The notes: a model not told the origin generated them from the letters alone. A DNA stretch of 64,000 nt from Patescibacteria group bacterium (GCA_040384445.1 JAZKJG010000001.1:7650-71649); one strand, 5' to 3'. Shown: positions 35,663-44,703, counted from the first letter of the stretch. A program made the numbers and translations.

Positions 35663-36214
35663 TCATTTGCCTGACAACACTTTATCAAAGAGTCCGGCAA
35701 GATTACCAATGGCAGGTTGAGGAGCAGGTGGTTCGACAATAATTACTTTTACTTGTGTTACTACGAACTCAGGAAGTGTTGCTGCAATCTGATTTCTCAG
35801 TCGAGCTATCTGCATGATCCCTGCTTCCTTATGTTCGGAAGATGCTTTTCTGTGGGCAAACTCATCTTTGGATTCAAAGTTGGCTTCGGCTTTGAACCAG
35901 GAATATTTTCTTTTTTCTTTTTTACCAAGCTCGAAAGGCTCTCCGTTCTGTTGAGGAATAAATCCTCTGAGAAAACTTTTTGTCAAAGCTTGTACTGCTT
36001 CTCGTTCATTTCCGCCTTGTTTGAACAGTTCGGACAAGTGCATGCTGTGTGGTCCAATACCGACGGCAACAGTTGCAACGCAGGGGAAACAGAAGGCTAA
36101 AATAAGCATGTCTTGTGTGGCATCGTACCCACGAGGAATATGAATATCCTTTTCCAGTCCATTACGTAACCAGTAAATCAAATCTGGGCGACCACTAATT
36201 AGTTTTGATTCCAT
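35663..36214 (-). CDS. Hypothetical protein (ORFan cassette)
   Basis: 183-codon ORF with its own consensus promoter upstream and a terminator downstream. Confidence 0.65.
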   Translation of the reverse strand: MESKLISGRPDLIYWLRNGLEKDIHIPRGYDATQDMLILAFCFPCVATVAVGIGPHSMHLSELFKQGGNEREAVQALTKSFLRGFIPQQNGEPFELGKKEKRKYSWFKAEANFESKDEFAHRKASSEHKEAGIMQIARLRNQIAATLPEFVVTQVKVIIVEPPAPQPAIGNLAGLFDKVLSGK

Positions 36215-36254
36215 ACAAAGTTCTTTCTATTGTTGAGTTGAATTGACTATTTGT

Positions 36255-36283
36255 ATAATACTATTAATTACTATATTTGTCAA
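36255..36283 (-). promoter_or_regulatory. Sigma70-type promoter for 35663-36214
   Basis: TTGACA-17-TATTAT on the minus strand. Confidence 0.7.
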
Positions 36284-36302
36284 ATTTAATAATGAATATG
36301 GC

Positions 36303-36342
36303 AAAATAAAAAACCCGCAGCCCTGGTGAGAAGGCTGCGGGT
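36303..36342 (-). terminator. Intrinsic terminator
   Basis: On the minus strand: ACCCGCAGCC-loop-GGCTGCGGGT followed by TTTTTATTTT. Confidence 0.8.
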
Positions 36343-36638
36343 AAACTATTTCGAGTACATGCCTGTAAAGGTTGTCGTTTACTTTAGTTTATTGGGAAAA
36401 TGTGCAAGGTTTACGGTGATGAATCTTCATCGGGCGCAGTATCGATTGAGGCGATCAGGGGTCCCAAAACCACCTCCCCTCTTATTTGTAGTCGTAGACG
36501 TGGTTGTGGGTGTATCCGGGTAGAAAATTACCCGATGGCGTTGACGCAGACGATTGGATGTCATAGTCGTATTGGCTATATGGAAATGGAGACTGTCAGA
36601 GTCGACCGTGCAAGAAACAAGGTTCTCGTAAGCTCCAT
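36306..36638 (-). ncRNA. Candidate ~330 nt transcript (ncRNA or small-peptide gene) bounded by a consensus promoter and terminator
   Basis: Lies between the TTGACA-17-TATACT promoter (36672-36644) and the terminator (36342-36303). The longest ATG ORF inside is 45 aa. Local hairpins are present, e.g. CGGGTA-attttc-TACCCG. Confidence 0.4.
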
Positions 36639-36643
36639 CCGTC

Positions 36644-36672
36644 AGTATATGACCCTGCAATCCGTATGTCAA
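36644..36672 (-). promoter_or_regulatory. Near-perfect sigma70 promoter, divergent from pyrG
   Basis: TTGACA (36672-36667), 17-nt spacer, TATACT (36649-36644). Confidence 0.75.
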
Positions 36673-36708
36673 CTATTTTCTATAAATAGCAAACGATACA
36701 ATATATCC

Positions 36709-38412
36709 ATGCAACCCCACAAAACAAAAAACAAGGTACTGAGTACTAAGAGTAGAAAATATATTTTTGTCATCGGTGGGGTAATGTCGGGAGTTGGAAA
36801 AGGAATCGCTACAAGTTCTATTGGTCTCATTTTAAAGTCTAAAGGTTATAAAATAAATTTAATAAAAGCTGACCCATACCTCAACGTCGATGCGGGAACT
36901 ATGAATCCCACAGAACACGGTGAGGTTTTTGTTATGCAGAACGGACTTGAGACTGATCAGGATATGGGAAACTATGAACGTTTTTTAAATGAAGATATTA
37001 GTCAGTTGAACTATATGACAAGTGGAATGGTATATAAGTCGGTGATCGATAGAGAACGGGCGCTCGGATACGGAGGAAAATGTGTAGAAGCAATTCCACA
37101 TGTTCGAGATGAAATTATTTCTCGATTTGAAAAAACAGCAAACGAACACGATAGTGATATTACGCTTGTTGAGATTGGGGGAACTATTGGTGACTATCAA
37201 AACGTGATGTTTATGGAAGCGGCACGAACCATGAAAATTCAACACCCAAAAGATGTGATTGTGATTGTTGTATCGTATGTTCCAATTCCAGGAACAATAG
37301 GTGAGATGAAATCAAAGCCAACCCAAAATGCTATTCGACAGTTAAATGGATATGGTTTGCATGCTGATTTTGTGATTGCACGAAGTGAAGTACCACTGGA
37401 CGAAAAACGAAAAGAAAAAATTGCAGTATCATGCAACGTTCCTCAGCAAAATGTAATCTCTGCACCAGACATTAAAAGTATTTATGATGTGCCAATAAAC
37501 TTTGAAAAAGATAAAATTGCAGATGCTCTCCTTGAGAGTTTGTATATGGATGCTTCTAAGGTAGGAAAAGCTGCTCGGGAAAAAGGTGCAGAGCTATGGA
37601 AAGGCTGGAATTCATTTGTGAAAAAAGTACATGCAAAAAGAACTAAGACTGTTCGTATTGCGATGATTGGAAAATACTTTGATAGCGGTGACTTTACGTT
37701 GTCTGACTCCTATCTATCTGTTATAGAGGCACTTAAGACTGCTGCAGCACACGCTGGAGCACAGATTGAGATAGAGTGGATTGACAGTAAGAAGATTGAG
37801 AAAGGAACGGTTAAATTATCTGAAGTATTTAAACGATGTGGAGGATTAATTGTTCCTGGAGGATTCGGTACGACTGGTGTTGAAGGGATTCTTTCGGCAA
37901 TTCAGTATGTTCGAGAGAAGAAAATTCCATTCCTTGGGATTTGTTATGGAATGCAACTTGCGGTTATCGAATATGCACGAACAGTTTGCAAATTAAAAGG
38001 AGCACATACAACAGAGATTGAAAAAACTGCAGCACATAAAATTGTAGATATTATGGAATCTCAGAAAAGTAATTTAACACAGTTCGTTATGGGAGGAAGT
38101 ATGAGGCTTGGTTCGTATACATGTAAATTAGCGAAGGGAAGTTTGTGTGAAAAATTATATAAATCAAATTCTGTAATTGAAAGACATAGGCATCGATATG
38201 AAGTTAATAATGAATATGTTCCACAGTTGGAGAAGGCGGGGTTGGTATTTTCTGGAACTTCACCGGACGGAAAGTTGATGGAGATGATTGAGTTGCCTAC
38301 AAGTAAACATCCGTATTTTACTGCGACTCAAGCACATCCTGAGTTTCGTTCAAGACCAGTAGGTAGTCATCCGCTTTTTGATGGGTTGATTAAGGCGGTG
38401 ATGGGGAGATAA
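36709..38412 (+). CDS. pyrG: CTP synthase (start reassigned to ATG 36709)
   Basis: KYIFVIGGVMSGVGKG, DPYLNVDAGTMNPTEHGEVF, GICYGMQ, ERHRHRYE, QAHPEF. TACAAT lies 6 nt before the ATG. Confidence 0.98.
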   Translation: MQPHKTKNKVLSTKSRKYIFVIGGVMSGVGKGIATSSIGLILKSKGYKINLIKADPYLNVDAGTMNPTEHGEVFVMQNGLETDQDMGNYERFLNEDISQLNYMTSGMVYKSVIDRERALGYGGKCVEAIPHVRDEIISRFEKTANEHDSDITLVEIGGTIGDYQNVMFMEAARTMKIQHPKDVIVIVVSYVPIPGTIGEMKSKPTQNAIRQLNGYGLHADFVIARSEVPLDEKRKEKIAVSCNVPQQNVISAPDIKSIYDVPINFEKDKIADALLESLYMDASKVGKAAREKGAELWKGWNSFVKKVHAKRTKTVRIAMIGKYFDSGDFTLSDSYLSVIEALKTAAAHAGAQIEIEWIDSKKIEKGTVKLSEVFKRCGGLIVPGGFGTTGVEGILSAIQYVREKKIPFLGICYGMQLAVIEYARTVCKLKGAHTTEIEKTAAHKIVDIMESQKSNLTQFVMGGSMRLGSYTCKLAKGSLCEKLYKSNSVIERHRHRYEVNNEYVPQLEKAGLVFSGTSPDGKLMEMIELPTSKHPYFTATQAHPEFRSRPVGSHPLFDGLIKAVMGR

Positions 38413-38428
38413 ATGATATACTAATTCG

Positions 38429-39151
38429 ATGAATCCTAAAATAAAATATTCTTTGATTACTCTTTTAATTATTATTGTGATCACTTTATCATTCGGGATA
38501 ATTCGAATGTACTTGTTAGTTAAGAAAACAAAAGTTCTCATAAAAAATGCAGTACCATATGAACGATCACTTCCAGAAAGTGATATGAAAATTCTAGTTC
38601 TGGGAGATAGTACAGCATATGGAACGGGATCTCTAAAAAATTCTGAAACAACTGCAGGGAGGCTGGGAGAATTATTTCCACAAGCGGATGTAAAGACTAT
38701 TGTTGAAAATGGACTAAAGCTCGAAGGGTTATTGGAGAAAGTAAGTAGTATTGATCCGAATGAAAAGTATTCTATTATTCTTATTCAAATTGGAGCGAAT
38801 GATATTATTCGACTTACGAATATGAAAGATATAGAAGCTCGTATTGACACGCTTGTTGACAAACTAAGTAAGCAAACCAAGAAGCTTATTTTTATGCATT
38901 CAGGAAATGTGGGTGACTCAGAATTTTTCCCATCTTATGTTCAACCAATTCTTACGAGTAGATCTAATAAGGTTCGAGAAATATATATAAAGACTGCAGA
39001 AAAGCATAACGCATTTTATGTTGATGTAATTGGATCAGATATTCCAAAGATTATAGAAGTTGATCCAAGTAAATATTATGCGAATGATTTACTGCATTTA
39101 TCAGGTGAAGGGTATGGGTTATGGTTTGATGAGATTAGAAAGGGGTTATAA
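38429..39151 (+). CDS. Membrane-anchored SGNH/GDSL hydrolase
   Basis: N-terminal TM, LGDST, GAND, DLLH motifs. Confidence 0.9.
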   Translation: MNPKIKYSLITLLIIIVITLSFGIIRMYLLVKKTKVLIKNAVPYERSLPESDMKILVLGDSTAYGTGSLKNSETTAGRLGELFPQADVKTIVENGLKLEGLLEKVSSIDPNEKYSIILIQIGANDIIRLTNMKDIEARIDTLVDKLSKQTKKLIFMHSGNVGDSEFFPSYVQPILTSRSNKVREIYIKTAEKHNAFYVDVIGSDIPKIIEVDPSKYYANDLLHLSGEGYGLWFDEIRKGL

Positions 39152-39166
39152 TGCTATACTAAACCT

Positions 39167-39568
39167 ATGAAAAAAGGATTCCACACAAACATAGAAAAAG
39201 ACACTATTGAAAATAGTAATTTTAGAAAAGTACTCTACACTGCGAAACATATGCAGTTAGTGTTAATGTCTTTAAAACCAAACGAAGATATTGGTTCTGA
39301 AGTTCATCCTGACAATGATCAATTTTTCCGATTTGATAAAGGAGAAGGAAAGGTGATTGTAGGTGAGACAGAGTATCTTGTAAAAGATGGAGATACTGTT
39401 ATTGTTCCAGCAGGAACTGAACATAATGTGATTAACACATCATCTGATGAGGATTTAAAATTATATACGATATATACACCATCGCATCATAAAGATGGAA
39501 TTGTCCGAGCGACGAAGCAAGAGGCGATGGACAACGAGGAAGATTTTGATGGAGTGACCACGGAGTAA
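39167..39568 (+). CDS. Cupin domain protein
   Basis: EVHPDNDQFF..GEG..GDTVIVPAGTEHNVIN. Confidence 0.92.
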   Translation: MKKGFHTNIEKDTIENSNFRKVLYTAKHMQLVLMSLKPNEDIGSEVHPDNDQFFRFDKGEGKVIVGETEYLVKDGDTVIVPAGTEHNVINTSSDEDLKLYTIYTPSHHKDGIVRATKQEAMDNEEDFDGVTTE

Positions 39569-39620
39569 AAGAAAAGCCCTCACAAGATGTAAAGTCCGTG
39601 AGGGCTTTTCTTGTGAGGGC
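39569..39620. terminator. Bidirectional terminator with an alternative pairing arm
   Basis: AAGAAAAGCCCTCAC / GTGAGGGCTTTTCTT, plus an extra TCTTGTGAGGGC at 39609-39620. Confidence 0.75.
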
Positions 39621-39628
39621 AGTGGAAC

Positions 39629-39970
39629 CTATTTTTTATCCCAAGCTCGTGCGAAAACAACGACATTGCTGTAGTGGAGTCCGTAAGGAGAATCGATATT
39701 CCAGCAAATGTTGTTCTCAGCAATGCTCTGAATGGCGGACTTGAAATTTTCGCTTTCAGGGTTATTTTGTGAGATTTGATACTCACACCATTTCCGAGCT
39801 TTTTGCTTGCACTCATGGCTGATCTCCATTCGTGTGCTGCCGTTTTCGGAAACAAGCACGGTGACTTCCTGGTTCCTTTTGGCGGTTGCTGCTCCTGCCC
39901 TGAAGGCAAAGAGTCCAGAAATAATAATTCCCAAAGCAAATAGTAAACAGTAAATATCCATTTTCTTCAT
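39629..39970 (-). CDS. Hypothetical exported/membrane protein (ORFan cassette)
   Basis: N-terminal hydrophobic segment and three Cys in the mature part. Own TTGACT-16-TATAAT promoter (40037-40010). Confidence 0.65.
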   Translation of the reverse strand: MKKMDIYCLLFALGIIISGLFAFRAGAATAKRNQEVTVLVSENGSTRMEISHECKQKARKWCEYQISQNNPESENFKSAIQSIAENNICWNIDSPYGLHYSNVVVFARAWDKK

Positions 39971-40050
39971 GATTGAATGTTGTATACAAATTGTTTGTGA
40001 TCCTTGTACATTATATCATAAACAACACAAAAGTCAACTATAACTCAACC

Positions 40051-40081
40051 AAAAAACCCGAGGGTGCAACTCGGGTTTTTT
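40051..40081. terminator. Intrinsic terminator (for 40102-41010)
   Basis: AAAAAACCCGAG-loop-CTCGGGTTTTTT. Confidence 0.8.
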
Positions 40082-40101
40082 AGTATCTATCTCAACATTA
40101 A

Positions 40102-41010
40102 TTAAAATGGAGAGTAGATAACGTATTCTGCAGAAGTCTGAACATTTCCACTTACATCAGTTGATTGTAAGATAAGAAATCTTGGAGTTGTTGAAGCTAA
40201 TAGAGGTAAATCAAATGAATGATTTGTCTGTAGTGTTGATGAACTCATGTTTGGAGACGTATTTACATTGAGTGAACTTGTTCCATAGAATAGTTTTGAT
40301 GTTGCAGGCTCATTTGTTTTCCATGAGATCTTCAATAGGTTTGAAGTGATTGCAGTCATGATGTTACTAATCACTGGAGCAGTTGTATCACTTGAAGTAG
40401 ATGTTGTGAATGAGTTAACTCCAGATAGAGTTACATTTCCAGAACTATCTCGAACAGCAAGTACTACGTAGTATGTTGTGTTTGGAATTAGATTTCGTAG
40501 TACTACTGAACCGTTAGTTCGTACTCCTACTTCATCTACCATACTCATACTTCCGTTTGTACTGTATACACTGTTAAGCATTCCTCCTGTTGAGGTTGTA
40601 GTTGCTTTTACAAGTACTGGTGTAGTTGTTCCGTAAAATACAACACCTCGAGTTTTTTCATTTGTAGTCCAGTTTGTGTCAGCTCGTACACTTTGTGGAT
40701 TTACATTAAATGAGTTAATTACTGGAGCAACTGTATCAACAGTTGATGATGCGTGTGGAATATAGTTTAACTTTTTAAAGATTCCGTATGGAAGCTTACA
40801 GTTGGCAGAAATAGAGATTTCTCCTTTGTTTTCTTTCCAACCATTTTTTATAAGCTGTCCGAATGCATGGACACATGTATTGTTTTTCTTATTTTCTTTT
40901 TTGTCTTTGTCATGTTCCTTCGCGAAGCCTAGCGCAGGAGTCAGAACGAGTGCGAGCATGAAAGCTAGACTTGTTATAGTTTTTACTTTTGTATTGCGTA
41001 TTATTTTCAT
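40102..41010 (-). CDS. Secreted protein with two Fn3-like domains
   Basis: Signal peptide. Repeated DTxAPVI..W(T/K)TNE..(F/Y)YGT..SGNV modules. Confidence 0.8.
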   Translation of the reverse strand: MKIIRNTKVKTITSLAFMLALVLTPALGFAKEHDKDKKENKKNNTCVHAFGQLIKNGWKENKGEISISANCKLPYGIFKKLNYIPHASSTVDTVAPVINSFNVNPQSVRADTNWTTNEKTRGVVFYGTTTPVLVKATTTSTGGMLNSVYSTNGSMSMVDEVGVRTNGSVVLRNLIPNTTYYVVLAVRDSSGNVTLSGVNSFTTSTSSDTTAPVISNIMTAITSNLLKISWKTNEPATSKLFYGTSSLNVNTSPNMSSSTLQTNHSFDLPLLASTTPRFLILQSTDVSGNVQTSAEYVIYSPF

Positions 41011-41076
41011 ATGTTTATTTTATGTAGGTATTTAGTTGATAAATAATTGCACATATCTTTGCCCTACATAGGTTAT

Positions 41077-41133
41077 GACGGGTGGGGGTGACAACTCTTA
41101 CATGCTATGTAAGAATGAGCATATTGACACGTC
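41077..41133. promoter_or_regulatory. Back-to-back ECF-type promoters ATGTAAGA-N15-CGTC on both strands
   Basis: Plus strand: ATGTAAGA 41107-41114, CGTC 41130-41133. Minus strand: ATGTAAGA 41103-41096, CGTC 41080-41077. Both spacers are 15 nt. Confidence 0.7.
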
Positions 41134-41140
41134 TCTATAT

Positions 41141-41662
41141 ATGAAGCAACAACATATGACCCAAAAATTCATAGACCTTCACAATGCAAACTCAGATGCG
41201 CTCTTTCGCTACTGCTACTTCAGGGTGTCTGACAGGGAACAGGCTGTTGACCTAGTTCAGGAGACGTTTTTGAAGCTCTGGGATGCCTTTGTGAAGGATT
41301 CTACAGAGATTAAGAATGCCAGAGCCTTACTCTATAAAATAGCCTCAAACCTTATTATAGATTGGTATAGAAAGAAGAAGGCTGTATCCTTGGATGAACT
41401 CCTTGATTTCGAACAGACGGAAGCATATCTCAATCTTGCTGATGGATCTCACGAAATGATGGAAATTGAAAGTGATGGAAAAAAAGCGCTTCAGTACATT
41501 TCAAAACTTGAACCAACATATCAACGCGTCGTCTATCTGCGATATGTAGAAGATCTATCGCCAAAAGAAATTGCAGAAGTTGTCGGACTCTCAGTCAATG
41601 TTGTCTCGGTACGAATTAATAGAGGGATACAAGAATTAAAAAAAATATATGGATTACAATAA
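41141..41662 (+). CDS. ECF-family RNA polymerase sigma factor (start reassigned to ATG 41141)
   Basis: Region 2: DLVQETFLKLW..LYKIASNLIIDWYRKK. Region 4: LRYVEDLSPKEIAEVVGLSVNVVSVRINRG. Confidence 0.93.
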   Translation: MKQQHMTQKFIDLHNANSDALFRYCYFRVSDREQAVDLVQETFLKLWDAFVKDSTEIKNARALLYKIASNLIIDWYRKKKAVSLDELLDFEQTEAYLNLADGSHEMMEIESDGKKALQYISKLEPTYQRVVYLRYVEDLSPKEIAEVVGLSVNVVSVRINRGIQELKKIYGLQ

Positions 41663-42332
41663 CCCATTTAAAAAAGGAATACATGATATTAAAAAACTTT
41701 CTCTTTCTACACATGAAAAAGAGAGTATGTTGGCTCGTTTGACGCAACATACTGTAAACAGTCCAATCAAAGAAGCGTTGAGATCAACGTGGTTTACGTT
41801 TGCATATAAACACACCTATGCTTTGGCGCTTGCTGCTGTGGTGGTTATTATTGGTGGAAATATTTCATATGCTGCAGCACAGTCGTTGCCAGGAGATTTA
41901 CTGTATCCGATTAAGATTCATGTAAATGAAAAAGTACAGGGAGTTTTGAAGATTACTCCAAAAGCTACGGCAAAATGGGAAGAAAAGAAAATAGAAAAAA
42001 GACTTGATGAAGTAAATACACTTGTTGAGAAAGGAAAATTTGATTCTGAAAAAAGAATACAGGTTGAGAAAGAGGTGAAGAAAAATGTTGATACAATTCG
42101 TAAACAAAAAAATAACTCTAAAAATGTAAACCTATCAGAAACAGTTGATGTGAAGCTGAAGAAAAATCAGCAAAACAATGAGGTAAAGATTCTTGAAGGA
42201 AAAATTCAAGACGAATTAAAATCATTCAAAAACAAGGATACAGACGAAGACAAAGAAAACAAAAAGGAAGAAAAGGTTAAGCTGAAACTTGACCGTCAGA
42301 ATCTTTTTGAGCAATCAAAGCATCAAGAGTAA
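41649..42332 (+). CDS. Putative anti-sigma factor, single TM with DUF5667-like domain
   Basis: Overlaps the sigma stop. TM helix followed by SLPGDLLYPIK..NEKV and a Lys/Glu-rich tail. Confidence 0.75.
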   Translation: MDYNNPFKKGIHDIKKLSLSTHEKESMLARLTQHTVNSPIKEALRSTWFTFAYKHTYALALAAVVVIIGGNISYAAAQSLPGDLLYPIKIHVNEKVQGVLKITPKATAKWEEKKIEKRLDEVNTLVEKGKFDSEKRIQVEKEVKKNVDTIRKQKNNSKNVNLSETVDVKLKKNQQNNEVKILEGKIQDELKSFKNKDTDEDKENKKEEKVKLKLDRQNLFEQSKHQE

Positions 42333-42687
42333 ATCCATCTTTTCCGTGAAGGAAAACAGCAACAGCTGCAACTGCTATTCCAAAGTCTCGCACGCCGGTG
42401 GCATCAAATCCTACAATATATACAATCTCGAACATATGAAGTGCAAGCAGTAGTGCTGCCGTCCGTGTCCAAAATCCAAGTAGTAGTGCAGTACCAAAGA
42501 CGATTTCAAAGATACCATTTAAAAGCACAAGCGTCTCTGCATTTATCTTACTTAGATTCACGATACTTTCAGGTACATACAATACCCACTGTACCTGATC
42601 TGAAACCTGACTATATCCAAACCAGAGGAATACAAGTGATATTCCGATTCTAAGTATTGTTGGTGCGAGATATGCAAATTTATTCAT
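42277..42687 (-). CDS. DoxX family membrane protein
   Basis: LRIGISLVFLWFG..GIFEIVFGTALLLGFWTRTAA..RD..FTLD. Confidence 0.85.
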   Translation of the reverse strand: MNKFAYLAPTILRIGISLVFLWFGYSQVSDQVQWVLYVPESIVNLSKINAETLVLLNGIFEIVFGTALLLGFWTRTAALLLALHMFEIVYIVGFDATGVRDFGIAVAAVAVFLHGKDGFTLDALIAQKDSDGQVSA

Positions 42688-42707
42688 ATCTACATTCTAC
42701 CATACTG

Positions 42708-43574
42708 CTAAAACAAACTTCCAGGAAAATTTGGAGAAATAAAAGCGGATCCATCAGCTCGAACAAGAATATACTCAAAAGACACTGAACCTTTTAGTTT
42801 TTCCGGATCAGTAAAAAAGAGGGCGGTTGTTAATCCGTCAGCGAGCATGGTTGAATCTGCAACAACCCAGATCGCAATAATATCTCTTGGAGATTCTTGA
42901 GTTTCTGGATTGATAATGTGATGATACTTATTCCATGCTCGTCGATTACCTGAAGAACCACAAATACTACAATTTAAAATTTCTGCAATCCCTATGGCCT
43001 GTTCTGGATTTTCCGGGTGTTCTAATCCTACGCGAATTGCTTCGCCTCGGTGATGCATATCTCCTCCAGCATCCACTGTAAAATCTTGAATACCAGCAGC
43101 CATTATCATTTCACTTACAACATCTACAATATATCCTTTTCCGAGTGCCCCAAAATCAAGTTGAATCGGAACAAATGTTGTGAGTGTATTTGTTTCGTCA
43201 TCATATTTCATAACATTATCCCACAACAGAGTTGGTTGAATAATTTCTTTCGGAGTGAGGGAATACTCTGGATCATATCCAGTATCTACAAGTGTCTGAC
43301 CGATAAGCGGTGTAACTTTTCCATCTGAAAGATCATACAGTTTTCTGTACATGCCAAAAAGTATTTTTCCGTCTGGGGGAAATTGATAGATACCAGCCTC
43401 ATCTGAAATTTGTGTTACGAGCGAATCTTTTCTAAATCGTGAGTATTGAGATTCAAACAGTTCGATTCGCCCACGTATTGCAGAAAAAATACTGGAAGTA
43501 TCAGGTGTACTCTCAGTATCTTTAATGTCTATCTGCCAAGTTGTGCCAATCGCTTTGAATGTTTGGCTTGGCAT
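42708..43574 (-). CDS. apbE: FAD:protein FMN transferase (ApbE family)
   Basis: AIGT, SRFRKDS, LDFGALGKGYIVD, VDAGGD, SSGNRR, HHIINP, ADGLTTALF. Confidence 0.93.
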   Translation of the reverse strand: MPSQTFKAIGTTWQIDIKDTESTPDTSSIFSAIRGRIELFESQYSRFRKDSLVTQISDEAGIYQFPPDGKILFGMYRKLYDLSDGKVTPLIGQTLVDTGYDPEYSLTPKEIIQPTLLWDNVMKYDDETNTLTTFVPIQLDFGALGKGYIVDVVSEMIMAAGIQDFTVDAGGDMHHRGEAIRVGLEHPENPEQAIGIAEILNCSICGSSGNRRAWNKYHHIINPETQESPRDIIAIWVVADSTMLADGLTTALFFTDPEKLKGSVSFEYILVRADGSAFISPNFPGSLF

Positions 43575-43579
43575 ATGAA

Positions 43580-44080
43580 CTATATTCGCTGTGCGTCGTC
43601 TTTAATTTTTCCTAGTGCATCGTTGAATCCAATTGGAGTAAGTGATGAACCAGATACTTTTGTAAGTGTAAGAGATGAAATATTTTTTCCAATAACTTGA
43701 GTTCTGTATCCTGCTGCAAATTGCTCCTGCATTTTGATTGAGATTGCGTTTTCAGCAAGTCCTTTAAATGTAGCATCTGTTACAATATCATTTTCAATCA
43801 CAACAGAAACGTTTACTTGCTCTTTTCCTGCTGGAGACGTATATGTTCCTGTTGCAGAATATGTACCATTTTTAAATGCGGTAACCGCTGTTGAAGTTCC
43901 TGTAGTGGTTGTAGTAGTAATAGTGGTTGTTGCAGCTCCAGTTGAATTCTCGTCTTGGGTTACAGGTGGTAACTCGTCTTTTTTACCGTTCAGTGCTAAT
44001 GCAACAGCTCCTGCTGCAAGTCCAAGAAAGATAAGGAAGCCAATAATTGATTTTGTGTTTGAATTTGATGTGTTTTCCAT
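43580..44080 (-). CDS. Membrane-anchored FMN-binding domain protein (flavinylation substrate). Start 44080 or 44089
   Basis: TM, Thr-rich linker, FKNGTYSATGTY, VSGSSLT (variant of the SGAT flavinylation motif). Adjacent to apbE. Confidence 0.85.
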   Translation of the reverse strand: MENTSNSNTKSIIGFLIFLGLAAGAVALALNGKKDELPPVTQDENSTGAATTTITTTTTTGTSTAVTAFKNGTYSATGTYTSPAGKEQVNVSVVIENDIVTDATFKGLAENAISIKMQEQFAAGYRTQVIGKNISSLTLTKVSGSSLTPIGFNDALGKIKDDAQRI

Positions 44081-44139
44081 ATTTTTCATTATACGCACAT
44101 ATACTACTTTTTTCAAACAATTAGGGGTATACTGTATAC

Positions 44140-44703
44140 ATGCAAACAACAAACACAAACAAAATAGCTATTGCGGTTATATTAATAGTTTTAATTGGTC
44201 TAGTGGTGTATGTAGGTACAAAATCTGATGGTGTGACAAATACTGATGGAACAGCTACAACAACAGTAAGTACTTCAACAACTAATGGAACAAATAATTC
44301 AAAGGGTGGTGTTACAGCAAAACCAGGACAAATTATTACAGTTACACCAAAACAAAACCCTCTTGCTGGTACAAGTTGGATTTGGACAGATACAATTTTT
44401 ATGAATAAGGCAACAAACATGATTCCAGCAAAATCAAAATTTGTGATTACGTTTGGAACAGATGGAGCAGTAACAAGTTCAACTGACTGTAACTCTGTTG
44501 CAGGAAGATATGCAGTAAATAACGATAGGATGAATATCGTTTCTCTTACATCTACACTTATGGCATGTCAGGGAGCAACACTTGAAGCAGAGTATGTTAA
44601 ACAGCTTTCTCAAGTTACAAACTATACATTTGAAAGTTTGAACGAACTTGATCTTGTTGTAGCAAATGGTACATCAACAATGTCATTTACTCGACGACAG
44701 TAA
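44140..44703 (+). CDS. META domain protein (HslJ-like), membrane-anchored
   Basis: LAGTSW..FGTDG..DCNSVAGRY..STLMAC. Confidence 0.85.
   Translation: MQTTNTNKIAIAVILIVLIGLVVYVGTKSDGVTNTDGTATTTVSTSTTNGTNNSKGGVTAKPGQIITVTPKQNPLAGTSWIWTDTIFMNKATNMIPAKSKFVITFGTDGAVTSSTDCNSVAGRYAVNNDRMNIVSLTSTLMACQGATLEAEYVKQLSQVTNYTFESLNELDLVVANGTSTMSFTRRQ

Noticed and set aside
36427-36672. 81-aa minus-strand ORF
   Set aside because: Its TTG start is the -35 hexamer of the promoter, so it cannot be on that transcript.
36400-36708. 103-aa N-terminal extension of PyrG in the ORF track
   Set aside because: Homology starts after ATG 36709, which has a -10 box 6 nt upstream. The extension overlaps a minus-strand promoter unit.
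39580-39939. 119-aa alternate-frame minus-strand ORF
   Set aside because: Overlaps 39629-39970, which has an ATG, a signal-like N-terminus and stops before the terminator. This ORF runs through the terminator.
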